From the NCBI RefSeq assembly GCF_900232105.1, contig NZ_LT934425.1, positions 150,001 to 182,000 on the forward strand: a stretch of 32,000 nt of DNA, written 5' to 3'. The position numbers and the translations under genes were made by a program. Under the pieces are notes generated by a model, which was not told the DNA's origin, made no database searches, and was given only the letters and a program-made list of their open reading frames with translations. Shown one piece after another: positions 8,643-18,055 of the stretch (positions within the stretch are counted from its first letter, which is position 1; the number at the start of each line of letters is the position of its first letter). This stretch comes from Candidatus Kuenenia stuttgartensis. Its GTDB lineage: Bacteria > Planctomycetota > Brocadiia > Brocadiales > Brocadiaceae.

Positions 8643-9611
8643 GTGCTGGATTTGTGCAAATATATCATCGGCGTGGATTTAGGCGGCACTAATTTAAAAG
8701 CCGGCATTGTTGGGCGGGATGGCAACATTTTGTATCAATTTTCAATAAAAACGAACGCCCATGCGGAATCACAGGTAATTTCCCATCAAATATGTGAACT
8801 TATCGCCGGAATAATAAAAAATGTCCGCATTGAGAAGTCCGATATTCTTGGTATAGGGCTTGGTTCTCCCGGACTTATTGATAAAAAAGGCGAGACTATT
8901 TTGTTTTCACCAAATTTATCCAAATGGCGTGATATCCCCATTAAAAAAATTATATCCGATACATTTGGTTTGCCCTGCATCCTGGAAAATGATGCAAATG
9001 CAGCCGCCTGGGGAGAAAAATGGGTAGGGGCCGGGAAAGACGTCAGTTCATTGGTAATGTTAACGCTGGGTACGGGAATCGGTGGCGGCATTATCCTGGA
9101 TAATAAGTTGTGGCGGGGAATAAATAATACTGCCGGAGAAATAGGCCATATGTCGATACAAACAGACGGCCCTCTGTGTAATTGCGGCAATTATGGATGT
9201 ATTGAGGTGTATGCATCCGCGCCTGGCATGGTAAGACGATTCAGGGAGTTATTGGAAAGCGGCAAGGCTTCATTATTAAAAAAGGATGAGGAAATTACCG
9301 CTAAGAGGATCAATGAAGCTGCCGTACAGGGAGATGGTGCATCGTTGAGTATCATTGAAGAAACAGGACGCTATCTCGGCATTGCTATCGTTAATATCAT
9401 ACACATATTGAATCCCGGGGCTGTTGTATTGTCAGGTGGCCTGATTGGTTCTGGAGAATTGTTAATGCGTCCGGTTAAACGGACAATAGAAGAAAGGGTT
9501 TTAAAGGCATCATATAAGGATACGAAAATACTATTTTCACAACTTGGTACTGATGCGGGAATAATAGGAGCTGCCGGATGTCTACTGAAAGAATTAGAAA
9601 TTTCTGCATAA
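8643..9611 (+). CDS. ROK family sugar kinase / glucokinase
   Basis: YIIGVDLGGTNLKAGIVG; LGTGIGGGIIL; GEIGHMSI; CNCGNYGCIEVYAS (ROK signature). GTG start. Confidence 0.92.
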   Translation: MLDLCKYIIGVDLGGTNLKAGIVGRDGNILYQFSIKTNAHAESQVISHQICELIAGIIKNVRIEKSDILGIGLGSPGLIDKKGETILFSPNLSKWRDIPIKKIISDTFGLPCILENDANAAAWGEKWVGAGKDVSSLVMLTLGTGIGGGIILDNKLWRGINNTAGEIGHMSIQTDGPLCNCGNYGCIEVYASAPGMVRRFRELLESGKASLLKKDEEITAKRINEAAVQGDGASLSIIEETGRYLGIAIVNIIHILNPGAVVLSGGLIGSGELLMRPVKRTIEERVLKASYKDTKILFSQLGTDAGIIGAAGCLLKELEISA

Positions 9612-11380
9612 TTGCACATATCGATCACGGAAAGTCAACCCTGGCAGACCGCCTTCTGGAAAGGACGCAGGCGATATCTACGAGAGAATTCCGGAATCAG
9701 ATGCTTGATGATATGGATTTGGAACGTGAACGCGGCATTACCATAAAGGCAAGTGCGGTGGCATTGACGCTCAGGCGCGGGGAAACAGAGTATAATTTAA
9801 ACCTCATCGATACCCCGGGCCATGTTGATTTTAGCTATGAAGTATCGAGAAGTCTGGGTTCATGCGAAGGGGCTTTGCTGCTGGTGGACGCCTCGCAGGG
9901 TGTGGAGGCGCAGACAGTCGCCAATACCTACCTTGCAATGGAACATGATCTGGTAATTATCCCTGTGGTAAGTAAAATTGATTTGCCGCAGTCACGCCCT
10001 TATGAGGTATTAGCTGAAATGGAAAAGACCCTGGGCATTAGCTCTGAAGAGGCATTAATGGTGAGCGCAAAGAGCGGAGAAGGCGTTGATCAGATTTTTG
10101 ACGCTATTATTAAATATATCCCACCGCCAAAAGGCGATCCCAGTGGGCCGCTGCGGGCGTTAATTTTCGATTCGGAGTATGATGCGTACAGGGGCGTCAT
10201 TATTTATCTGCGTGTCTTTGACGGATCGTTAAAAGTGGGCGATGAAATATTCATGATAAAAACACGGCGTTCGTTTAAGGTGGAAGAGGTCGGCGTCTTT
10301 AAACCAAAAATGGCACCCAAAAACGGACTGTTTACCGGTGAAGTAGGATATTGCATTGCCAATATTAAGTCCATTCACGATGTTAAAGTAGGCGATACTG
10401 TCACCTTAAACAAGGAAAAAGCGGAAAAACCGTTAACAGGCTACCGGCAGCCAATACCAATGGTCTATTGCGGTATCTATCCTGTGGACAATGCTGATTT
10501 TAAAGTGCTTCGTGAGGCACTGGAACGTTTAAGCCTGAACGATTCTTCCTTCAGCTTTATCCCTGAAACTTCTCAGGCGTTGGGATTCGGTTTCCGGTGC
10601 GGATTTCTCGGGCTTTTACATATGGATATCGTTCAGGAACGTCTGGAACGGGAAAGTCATATCAATATAGTGCAGACGGCGCCTAACGTAACCTATGAAA
10701 TTTTAAAAACAAATAAAGAAGTAATCAGAGTCGATAATCCTGAAAGTGTTCCTCCGGTAAATGAAATAGATGAATTTCGCGAACCAATGGTGCGGTCAAG
10801 TTTTGTCTTGCCTACAGAATATTTAGGCGCTATCATGCAACTTGCTGAAGCAAGAAGGGGCAGATACAAAAGCACTGAATATTTAAGTGAAAAACGTGCG
10901 ATTCTTGTATACGAACTGCCCTTAGCGGAAATCATTTTTGATTTTTTTGATAAAATGAAATCAGCCACAAGAGGCTATGGAACATTGGATTACGACTTAA
11001 TAGGATACGAATCTGCCGATCTTGTAAAATTAGATATCCTGGTTGGCGGGAAAAGAGTAGACGCCCTTTCAACCATAGTACACAAAAAGGATGCAGAGGT
11101 CAGAGGAAGAAAACAGGTGAAGAAGTTAAAAAAAGAGATTTCCAGACACCTGTTTGAAGTGGTACTGCAGGCAGCTATCGGGAGCAGGGTAATTGCCAGG
11201 GAGACCATTAAACCTATTGCTAAAAATGTTACGGCCAAATGTTACGGCGGAGATATTACGAGAAAAAGGAAACTTCTTGAAAAACAGAAAGAAGGGAAAA
11301 AACGTATGAAATCGGTGGGAAACGTGGAAATACCCCAGAAAGCATTCTTGTCCGTACTGTCGATTGATGATGATGAATAA
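9578..11380 (+). CDS. lepA: Translation elongation factor 4 (LepA)
   Basis: IRNFCIIAHIDHGKSTLADRLLE; DTPGHVDF; RPYEVLAEMEKTLGI; C-terminal GGDITRKRKLLEKQKEGKKRMKSVGNVEIPQKAFLSVL. Confidence 0.98.
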   Translation: MSTERIRNFCIIAHIDHGKSTLADRLLERTQAISTREFRNQMLDDMDLERERGITIKASAVALTLRRGETEYNLNLIDTPGHVDFSYEVSRSLGSCEGALLLVDASQGVEAQTVANTYLAMEHDLVIIPVVSKIDLPQSRPYEVLAEMEKTLGISSEEALMVSAKSGEGVDQIFDAIIKYIPPPKGDPSGPLRALIFDSEYDAYRGVIIYLRVFDGSLKVGDEIFMIKTRRSFKVEEVGVFKPKMAPKNGLFTGEVGYCIANIKSIHDVKVGDTVTLNKEKAEKPLTGYRQPIPMVYCGIYPVDNADFKVLREALERLSLNDSSFSFIPETSQALGFGFRCGFLGLLHMDIVQERLERESHINIVQTAPNVTYEILKTNKEVIRVDNPESVPPVNEIDEFREPMVRSSFVLPTEYLGAIMQLAEARRGRYKSTEYLSEKRAILVYELPLAEIIFDFFDKMKSATRGYGTLDYDLIGYESADLVKLDILVGGKRVDALSTIVHKKDAEVRGRKQVKKLKKEISRHLFEVVLQAAIGSRVIARETIKPIAKNVTAKCYGGDITRKRKLLEKQKEGKKRMKSVGNVEIPQKAFLSVLSIDDDE

Positions 11381-12899
11381 AAAAGGGTGGTTTGTGTTCA
11401 AAAATAAGGAAAACACTAAAAAGACAGATTTGCCGGATAAAAAGAAAAAGCGTAAACATAAGTTACGCGAAAATATAGAATCAATAGCCATAGCGGTGGC
11501 ATTGGCATTCGCTATCCGTTATTTTGTCGTAGAAGCATTTAAAATTCCAACAGGATCGATGGCGCCTACTCTGTTGGGTGTGCATAAGGACGTCAGTTGC
11601 CCTAACTGTAACTGGAGTTTCTATGCCGACCGCCAAAGCGAGACCGCTACCTGCCCCAATTGCCAATTTGAAATAAATACCTCTCTTTACTGCACTGCAT
11701 GCAATGGCAAGATCCGATACAACTGGCCCCCCTGGCTATGGAGAAAAGGCACATGCCCCGCTTGCCAAACAAAAATAGCATGGAAGGATTTGTCAAACCG
11801 GGTCACGCATGGCGGTAACAGAATACTGGTAAATAAATTCTGGTATACATTTACCAAACCGAAACGCTGGGACGTCATGGTCTTTGTCTATCCGTTCTAT
11901 GATATAAAATGTAAAAACTGTTCGGTTCTGATACCTGATGTAAAATGGCGTGACAGTTTATCCTGTCCGCGGTGTGGTTCTACAAAATTTTCAAAAAAGA
12001 AGAAGAATTATATTAAACGGCTGATTGGATTGCCGGGTGAAAAGCTGCAGATCGTAAATGGTGATATTTATATAAACGACAAAATACAAAGAAAACCTGA
12101 AAAAGCACAGAATGCGTTATGGATGCCTGTTTATAACGGTAATTACACCATACATGAAGAAGTGGTTCCTACCTGGATAATAGACAATGAATTTTGGAAT
12201 GTCACTGAGAAATCACTGTCATTGAATAATCTGAATAAAGATAATTCCGGGACGTCGCTGGTTACTTTTGGGCAACAAATATCCGATCAGAACGGTTACA
12301 ATAACCGTTCCGGAGAAAATGAAGTGGGAGACATCAAAATAAGCCTTAACGTTACTCCGGCAAAAGGGTCGCATCGATTGGAATTTGTTCTTGAAAAAAA
12401 TGAAGAGGTCTTTTCCGCCAGTATTCCCATCGAAGATATCGCAAACAAGTGTACTCTTTCGAGATCAAATAATGTTGTAGTGGAAAAAGATTTTCATTTA
12501 ACCGTCAACCAGACACATAAGATAGAATTTTCCAATGTAGATCATATCGTATCGCTTAAAGTAAATGACGTTAATGTATTTTCATTCGACTATTATAACG
12601 GGAGTATCCCCGCGTTCCGCCCATTTGACTCAAGCAAGGTGCGTTTTGGCGGGACGAACGCAAAGGTGAAGTATGACAATATTCAAATATATCACGACAT
12701 TTATTATACACGCCTTTCGGACGATACCTATGGCACTTCCCAGCCAATTCAATTGAAGGAAAAAGATTATTTTGTATTAGGGGATAACAGCAGAAACAGT
12801 AACGATAGCCGCGTGTGGAAGTTTGTTCCAGAAAAGAATGTTATAGGGAAGGCATTTTTTGTATTCTGGCCATTAGAAAACATCAACTTTATTAAATAG
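11373..12899 (+). CDS. lepB: Signal peptidase I (S26) with zinc-ribbon insertions and a large beta-rich insertion
   Basis: Ser box FKIPTGSMAPTLLG; Lys box YIKRLIGLPGEKLQI; GDNSRNSNDSRVW box. Six CxxC motifs and an insert of roughly 200 aa before the last box. Confidence 0.9.
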   Translation: MNKKGWFVFKNKENTKKTDLPDKKKKRKHKLRENIESIAIAVALAFAIRYFVVEAFKIPTGSMAPTLLGVHKDVSCPNCNWSFYADRQSETATCPNCQFEINTSLYCTACNGKIRYNWPPWLWRKGTCPACQTKIAWKDLSNRVTHGGNRILVNKFWYTFTKPKRWDVMVFVYPFYDIKCKNCSVLIPDVKWRDSLSCPRCGSTKFSKKKKNYIKRLIGLPGEKLQIVNGDIYINDKIQRKPEKAQNALWMPVYNGNYTIHEEVVPTWIIDNEFWNVTEKSLSLNNLNKDNSGTSLVTFGQQISDQNGYNNRSGENEVGDIKISLNVTPAKGSHRLEFVLEKNEEVFSASIPIEDIANKCTLSRSNNVVVEKDFHLTVNQTHKIEFSNVDHIVSLKVNDVNVFSFDYYNGSIPAFRPFDSSKVRFGGTNAKVKYDNIQIYHDIYYTRLSDDTYGTSQPIQLKEKDYFVLGDNSRNSNDSRVWKFVPEKNVIGKAFFVFWPLENINFIK

Positions 12900-12901
12900 A
12901 T

Positions 12902-13720
12902 ATGAACTTACTCCGAACAGAAGGGCTAACAAAATCTTTCGGTAAACGCACTGTTGTAAACAATGTCAGTTTCGAAATAAACAGAGGCGAGATAGTCGGA
13001 TTGCTTGGCCAAAACGGGGCAGGGAAAAGCACCTCTTTCAATATGGTTATTGGAATTATTCGCCCAGATAGCGGAAGGGTAATATTTCAAGGCGAAGACG
13101 TTACCCATATGCCTATATATTTACGGGCGCGTAAAGGCATGGGATATTTATGCCAGGAACCGTCTGTTTTCCAGCGTTTAACGGTGGAAGAAAATATTCT
13201 GGCGATCCTGGAAACCCACAGATACAATTCTCATGAAAAATACAAATTACTTGTCGATTTGCTTACCGAATTCAATTTGAAATCGCTTTCAAAACATAAG
13301 GCATTTACCCTTTCCGGCGGAGAAAGAAGGCGTCTTGAAATTGCGCGGGCGCTTGCAAGCTCTCCTTCCATGATTTTGCTGGACGAACCCTTCACCGGCG
13401 TGGATCCTATTGCGGTAAATGAGGTGCAGGAAATCGTTTTAAAACTCCGAGATAAGGGCATCGGCATTCTTATTACCGACCACAATGTCCGGGAGGCGCT
13501 GAGCATTACCTCTCATTCATATATTATCAGCGAAGGCGAGGTTGTCGCAAAAGGCACAACACAGGAAATATTAAATAATCCGGTCGCACGCCAGTCTTAT
13601 CTCGGTGATAATTTCCCGAACAGTGAACATCGGTTAGCCGATTTCGATTATCAGCACAGGAAAACATCAACAAATAAAAAGAAAAAACCCATTGTTCGAA
13701 AAGACGCCATTATAAAATAG
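12902..13720 (+). CDS. lptB: LPS export ABC transporter ATP-binding protein (LptB-like)
   Basis: GLLGQNGAGKSTSF (Walker A); LSGGERRRLEIARAL; MILLDEPFTGVDPIAV; ITDHNVREALSI. Confidence 0.92.
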   Translation: MNLLRTEGLTKSFGKRTVVNNVSFEINRGEIVGLLGQNGAGKSTSFNMVIGIIRPDSGRVIFQGEDVTHMPIYLRARKGMGYLCQEPSVFQRLTVEENILAILETHRYNSHEKYKLLVDLLTEFNLKSLSKHKAFTLSGGERRRLEIARALASSPSMILLDEPFTGVDPIAVNEVQEIVLKLRDKGIGILITDHNVREALSITSHSYIISEGEVVAKGTTQEILNNPVARQSYLGDNFPNSEHRLADFDYQHRKTSTNKKKKPIVRKDAIIK

Positions 13721-13809
13721 TGTCTTAAGCAGTAGGCAATTCTACAGTCTACAATCTACAGTCGGCAATCGGTAGTTAATGAAGGACTAAGGATGAAAGA
13801 CCACTTAAT

Positions 13810-14556
13810 ATGAATAGCATAAAAAGTTATTTACGTAACGTTTATATCATCTTTCTCTCAGCCGTGTCTGCATTGTTTTTTCTGGGTGGGTGCGCCACTC
13901 AAAAAGAAAAAACGGAAATTCCATTGCTTAAAGAAAAGCCGGTAGCTTCTGAAGAACCACAAAAGGCGATGACTACCTATACGATTATGAAAGGGGATAC
14001 ATTGTGGCGTATTTCAAAAAATTACGGTGTGTCGGTCGAGTCAATTGTGGCGGCAAATCAAATAAAAGATATACGGGATTTAAAGATAGGACAGAAAATT
14101 ACTATTCCTTCGAACAATGTTTCCTATACATATAGCAACCCAACAGTAAGCGCAATGCCGTCTCAAAACCGGGTAGTTTCTTCAAAAGGTTTTATCTGGC
14201 CCGTAAAAGGGGATATCGTATCGCATTTTAATCAAACAAGAAACGGCAAAAAGTTTATGGGTATAAGTATACAACCCCATTCAAGACAAGAAATCGTTGC
14301 GGCAAAAAAAGGAACGGTAGAAGCAGTTTCCGGTTCGGACAATAATTTTTATGTGGTCGTAATCAAACATGATGGGGAAGTAAGAACTTTATACGGCGTC
14401 CATTGCATACCAATTGTCAGCGAGGGAAACTATATTGAACAAGGGCAGACAATTGCCACTTTTGATCCCCTCACAAAGGAAAGCAGCACAAAAGAAATTC
14501 ACTTTAAAATATATGTAAAAGATAAACCTGTTAACCCTGTCTCTTATTTACCTTAA
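13810..14556 (+). CDS. LysM domain / M23 peptidase-like lipoprotein
   Basis: Lipobox FFLGGC; LysM YTIMKGDTLWRISKNYGVSVESIVAANQIKDIRDLKIGQKITIP; FIWPVKGDI...YGVHCIPIVSEGNYIEQGQTIA (degenerate M23 domain). Confidence 0.88.
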   Translation: MNSIKSYLRNVYIIFLSAVSALFFLGGCATQKEKTEIPLLKEKPVASEEPQKAMTTYTIMKGDTLWRISKNYGVSVESIVAANQIKDIRDLKIGQKITIPSNNVSYTYSNPTVSAMPSQNRVVSSKGFIWPVKGDIVSHFNQTRNGKKFMGISIQPHSRQEIVAAKKGTVEAVSGSDNNFYVVVIKHDGEVRTLYGVHCIPIVSEGNYIEQGQTIATFDPLTKESSTKEIHFKIYVKDKPVNPVSYLP

Positions 14557-14572
14557 TAATGGAGAAAGCAGT

Positions 14573-14791
14573 ATGCCCGTATATGAATTTAAATGCAATA
14601 AATGCAACATAACATTTGAGGAATATTTTAAAAGCACCTCTGAACAAAAAATGCTATTCTGCCCTTCCTGCCGAAGCGAACACGTTGAAAAAATATTTTC
14701 CGTTTTTGGAGCCTCAGGAACAGGCAACGGCAATCCTGCCCCCGCAGGAAACAAGGCGGGCGGCGGTTGTGGTTGTTGTGCAATGGGCTAA
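14573..14791 (+). CDS. FmdB family zinc-ribbon protein
   Basis: MPVYEFKCNKCNITFEEY...CPSCRSEHVEKIFSVF plus Gly/Cys-rich tail. Confidence 0.88.
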   Translation: MPVYEFKCNKCNITFEEYFKSTSEQKMLFCPSCRSEHVEKIFSVFGASGTGNGNPAPAGNKAGGGCGCCAMG

Positions 14792-14841
14792 TGAGCCTTT
14801 TCCGGCGCTTCGCCACTGCATCTGTTGATAATGTTAATGTA

Positions 14842-14920
14842 GAGACGCATTGCATGCGTCTCTTTGTTTTGTAAACATTTTCATTACGCATAGCAGTTTC
14901 CAGACGCATACAATGCGTCT
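14842..14920. repeat. Two short hairpins of one repeat family (GAGACGCAT-TGC-ATGCGTCTC and AGACGCAT-ACA-ATGCGTCT)
   Basis: Read directly from sequence at 14842-14862 and 14902-14920. Confidence 0.8.
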
Positions 14921-15172
14921 CTGCAAAATATCGAAAATTCCTAAACTGGCAGCACCGGAACCAAACAAGCACGAGATAAGAAATACGAAATACGAAAAAG
15001 GAACCACAGATTGCACAGATTAAAAAATTAATCACAAACTTAACAATGACTAATTCAGAACATATTTCAGATTTCACAATTAAATATTTTGCAAAAAAAC
15101 ACGCACTGACGAATGGAAGTGTGCAAAGAAATTACTGATAAGGTAAATGTTAAAATAAAGGATTTTTGAATT

Positions 15173-15658
15173 ATGAAAAATATATGGGCGCCATGGCGTG
15201 TGACGTATATTAAGAACGCGTCTGAAAAAGAGGCATGTTTTTTATGCGAAGCGTACAACGGCAGTTCGGAAGAAGAAAAACATATCGTATGCCGCGGCGA
15301 GCAATGTTTTTGCATTCTGAATAAATATCCCTATAACAGCGGACACCTTATGGTTGTCCCAAACAGGCATGTGGCAGATATCACCGAACTTGCCGATAGT
15401 GAATTATTGGAGATAATGAAGATGGCGGGCAAGATGCAAAAACACCTTTCATCGCTTATGAAACCCGATGGTTTTAATATAGGCATTAACCTGGGAAAAT
15501 CAGCCGGCGCGGGGTTGCCAGGCCATATACATTTGCATATAGTACCAAGATGGAACGGCGATACGAATTTTATGCCGGTCTTTTCAGACGTAAAGATCAT
15601 ATCTCAGTCATTGGAATATATTGCTGCGGAACTTAAAAAAAGCATTTCGGGTGGGTAA
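15173..15658 (+). CDS. HIT family protein (AP4A phosphorylase-like)
   Basis: MKNIWAPWRVTYIKNA; CFLC; LNKYPYNSGHLMVVPNRHV; GAGLPGHIHLHIVPRW. Confidence 0.93.
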   Translation: MKNIWAPWRVTYIKNASEKEACFLCEAYNGSSEEEKHIVCRGEQCFCILNKYPYNSGHLMVVPNRHVADITELADSELLEIMKMAGKMQKHLSSLMKPDGFNIGINLGKSAGAGLPGHIHLHIVPRWNGDTNFMPVFSDVKIISQSLEYIAAELKKSISGG

Positions 15659-15659
15659 A

Positions 15660-16340
15660 GTGAAAGTATCGGGCATCCTGGTTGGCGCCGGACTTGGGTT
15701 ACGTATGGGAGGGGATGTAAAAAAACCTTTCATTCAGATCAACGATAAACCGGTATTCCTTCATACAATAGACCGGTTTTCACAATGCAGCCTGATTAGC
15801 GAAATTGTTCTGATTGTCGGAGAACCGGAGATAAATGTTGTTCTGGATACGTGGCGGGATTCGCTGAATGCATACAATATAAAAAAAATCGTTCCGGGAG
15901 GAAAAAGAAGACAGGACAGCGTGTTTAACGGTTTGTGCAATGTCGATGCGGATACGGAAATAGTGCTTATCCATGATCTGGTACGGCCGCTTGTAAAAAA
16001 AGAACATATAGAAGCGGTGGTTTACAAGACAAGGGAATATAAAGCTGCAATCCTCGCCGCGCCAATGAAAGCAACAGTAAAAGAAGTAAATGATGATTTA
16101 TCAATAAAGAAGACTATTCCCAGAAACAAGCTATGGATGGCCCAGACCCCCCAGGGGTTTGAGAAAACGTTGATTATTAACGTATTTCGTCAATTTCAGC
16201 ACACCGGTAGAGAATTTACCGATGACGCACAAATGGTGGAGGAGGCCGGCCACCCCGTATATATTGTTCCCGGTTCTGATGAAAATATAAAAATCACTAC
16301 CCCTGATGATATACGTATTGCAAAGGCATTGTTAAAATAG
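15660..16340 (+). CDS. ispD: 2-C-methyl-D-erythritol 4-phosphate cytidylyltransferase
   Basis: GAGLGLRMGGDVKKPF; GGKRRQDSVFNGL; VLIHDLVRPLV; MAQTPQGF; TDDAQMVEEAG. GTG start at 15660 overlaps no HIT codon; ORF track start 15621. Confidence 0.9.
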   Translation: MKVSGILVGAGLGLRMGGDVKKPFIQINDKPVFLHTIDRFSQCSLISEIVLIVGEPEINVVLDTWRDSLNAYNIKKIVPGGKRRQDSVFNGLCNVDADTEIVLIHDLVRPLVKKEHIEAVVYKTREYKAAILAAPMKATVKEVNDDLSIKKTIPRNKLWMAQTPQGFEKTLIINVFRQFQHTGREFTDDAQMVEEAGHPVYIVPGSDENIKITTPDDIRIAKALLK

Positions 16341-16391
16341 GCTGTGTTTATCCAACGGCATTCATTTTTACTTTTTCAAAAATCTAAATAC

Positions 16392-17066
16392 ATGAAAAAA
16401 TATTGTCTCCTCTGTATCATTATTCTTTGCCTGCCAGTTTTTTCCTGCGCCAACAAGGAACGCATAACCTCTGATAGTTTTAAAAACTATGAAGGGTCTC
16501 ATGCGTTTACCACGGAATTGCTGAGAACTGATTTTGCGCTGCAGAAAAGGGTTTTAATAACCCTTGAGAAGGCAATAATGCTCATGGAAGACAATGTTGA
16601 TTCCGTCAGCAAAGAAACATTTGAAAAGAGTATAGAGGTTATAAGTTATTTTTTTGATATTTGCCATATTGAAAAAGAAAACGAAATACTTTTTCCATTT
16701 GTCAAAAATATACAAGGCGGTATGGAAAAGAAAGATTTTCTGGGGCGGCTATTAATGGAACATATATCGGCGAGAGACCGGAAAAGGGCTTTATCAGATG
16801 CAGTGAAAGGAATATCTTTAGGCAAAAAGGCGAGAAAGACTATCAAAAAAGCTGGTTACAGGTATATCAAATATGTAAAAAAGCACCTCCAAACAGAGGA
16901 AAAGGCTCTTTTCCCATGGATAGATACACTACTATCTCACGATGACCAGTTAGCACTGATAGAACGGTTAAATGCGGTTGAAGAGAAATATATCAGTAAC
17001 GGACTGCATGAAAAATATTTCATAATGGTGGAGACCCTTGAAAAACAATTAGGGATATTACCATGA
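16392..17066 (+). CDS. Hemerythrin HHE cation-binding domain lipoprotein
   Basis: Signal peptide with lipobox LPVFSC; four-helix pattern H...IEKENEILFPFV...LMEHISARDRKR...KHLQTEEKALFPWI. Confidence 0.75.
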   Translation: MKKYCLLCIIILCLPVFSCANKERITSDSFKNYEGSHAFTTELLRTDFALQKRVLITLEKAIMLMEDNVDSVSKETFEKSIEVISYFFDICHIEKENEILFPFVKNIQGGMEKKDFLGRLLMEHISARDRKRALSDAVKGISLGKKARKTIKKAGYRYIKYVKKHLQTEEKALFPWIDTLLSHDDQLALIERLNAVEEKYISNGLHEKYFIMVETLEKQLGILP

Positions 17067-17265
17067 ATACGATTTTAGGATTTTAAATCGTAAATCTCCG
17101 CGGGTTAAGGTTGCAAACCTGAGCCCGCCGGGAGTTGATGGACAGTAGTATGTAGTACGACGAGGTTCGTCGCACTACAAATGACAATTTCCCATGTTCG
17201 TTTATGTAGGTTTTACTTTTCTCTTGTTTATTTTTTTTTTACTTTTTTAACATATGGAGTTTGTT

Positions 17266-17952
17266 ATGGAAAAATACGCACTAATTATTTTTGTTTGTAT
17301 GAATTTTTTAATAACCAGCGGCGCTTTTGCACAGCAGGGACAAAAGGTGACTGTAGCCGAAATATTGGGAGAAAGGAAAGAGTATTATTTTGACAACGAC
17401 GAGTTATCCAACACGCCTAAGGGATTTTTTGAAGCCCTTACCGGCAACGGCAAAAAGGGACAATGGAGGGTGCTGAAAGTGCAGCACTCACCTTCTTCAG
17501 ACAATGTAGTTGTACAGACAAAAACGGATAAGACTGCTAAGCGTTTCCCTTTGCTGATGGTAGAGTATATCGATTATAAAGACGCCATGGCATATGTAAA
17601 ATTTCGCGCTGAAGGTGGAGAGATAGACCAGGCGGCAGGACTGGTCTTCAGGTATAAGGATAATCAAAACTATTATGTGTTAAGCGCCAATGCATTGAAA
17701 AACAATGTGCATTTATATAAAGTGTCAAATGGACAGCAAAAATTGCTCGGAGAAAAAAATATGCCCGTATCCTCAAACGAGTGGCATTTGTTAAAAGTTG
17801 TTTATGACGGGAAAAAGATACGCTGTTTTTTTGAAAATGCAATGGTAATTGAAGTTTTAGACGATACGTTTTCTTCCGGCGGCATAGGGCTTTGGACAAA
17901 ATCCGATTCGTATGTATTGTTTGACGACCTCGTAATACAAGAAAATTCCTGA
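17266..17952 (+). CDS. Secreted concanavalin/LamG-like (DUF1080-type) domain protein
   Basis: Signal peptide; GLVFRYKDNQNYYVLSANA...WHLLKVVYDGKKIRCFFENAMVIEVLDDTFSSGGIGLWTKSDSYVLFDDLVI. Confidence 0.75.
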   Translation: MEKYALIIFVCMNFLITSGAFAQQGQKVTVAEILGERKEYYFDNDELSNTPKGFFEALTGNGKKGQWRVLKVQHSPSSDNVVVQTKTDKTAKRFPLLMVEYIDYKDAMAYVKFRAEGGEIDQAAGLVFRYKDNQNYYVLSANALKNNVHLYKVSNGQQKLLGEKNMPVSSNEWHLLKVVYDGKKIRCFFENAMVIEVLDDTFSSGGIGLWTKSDSYVLFDDLVIQENS

Positions 17953-18055
17953 CCCAACTACACAGAAAGATTAACGCAGTTCCGCACTCTGAAATTGAGT
18001 CGATTGATGAAGATATTTCAATATGAATATTTGTTGCCAAAGGATGTAAATAGTA

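Noticed and set aside
10693-11491. Minus-strand ORFs opposite lepA and the signal peptidase gene
   Set aside because: No recognisable motifs, and they overlap strong coding regions.
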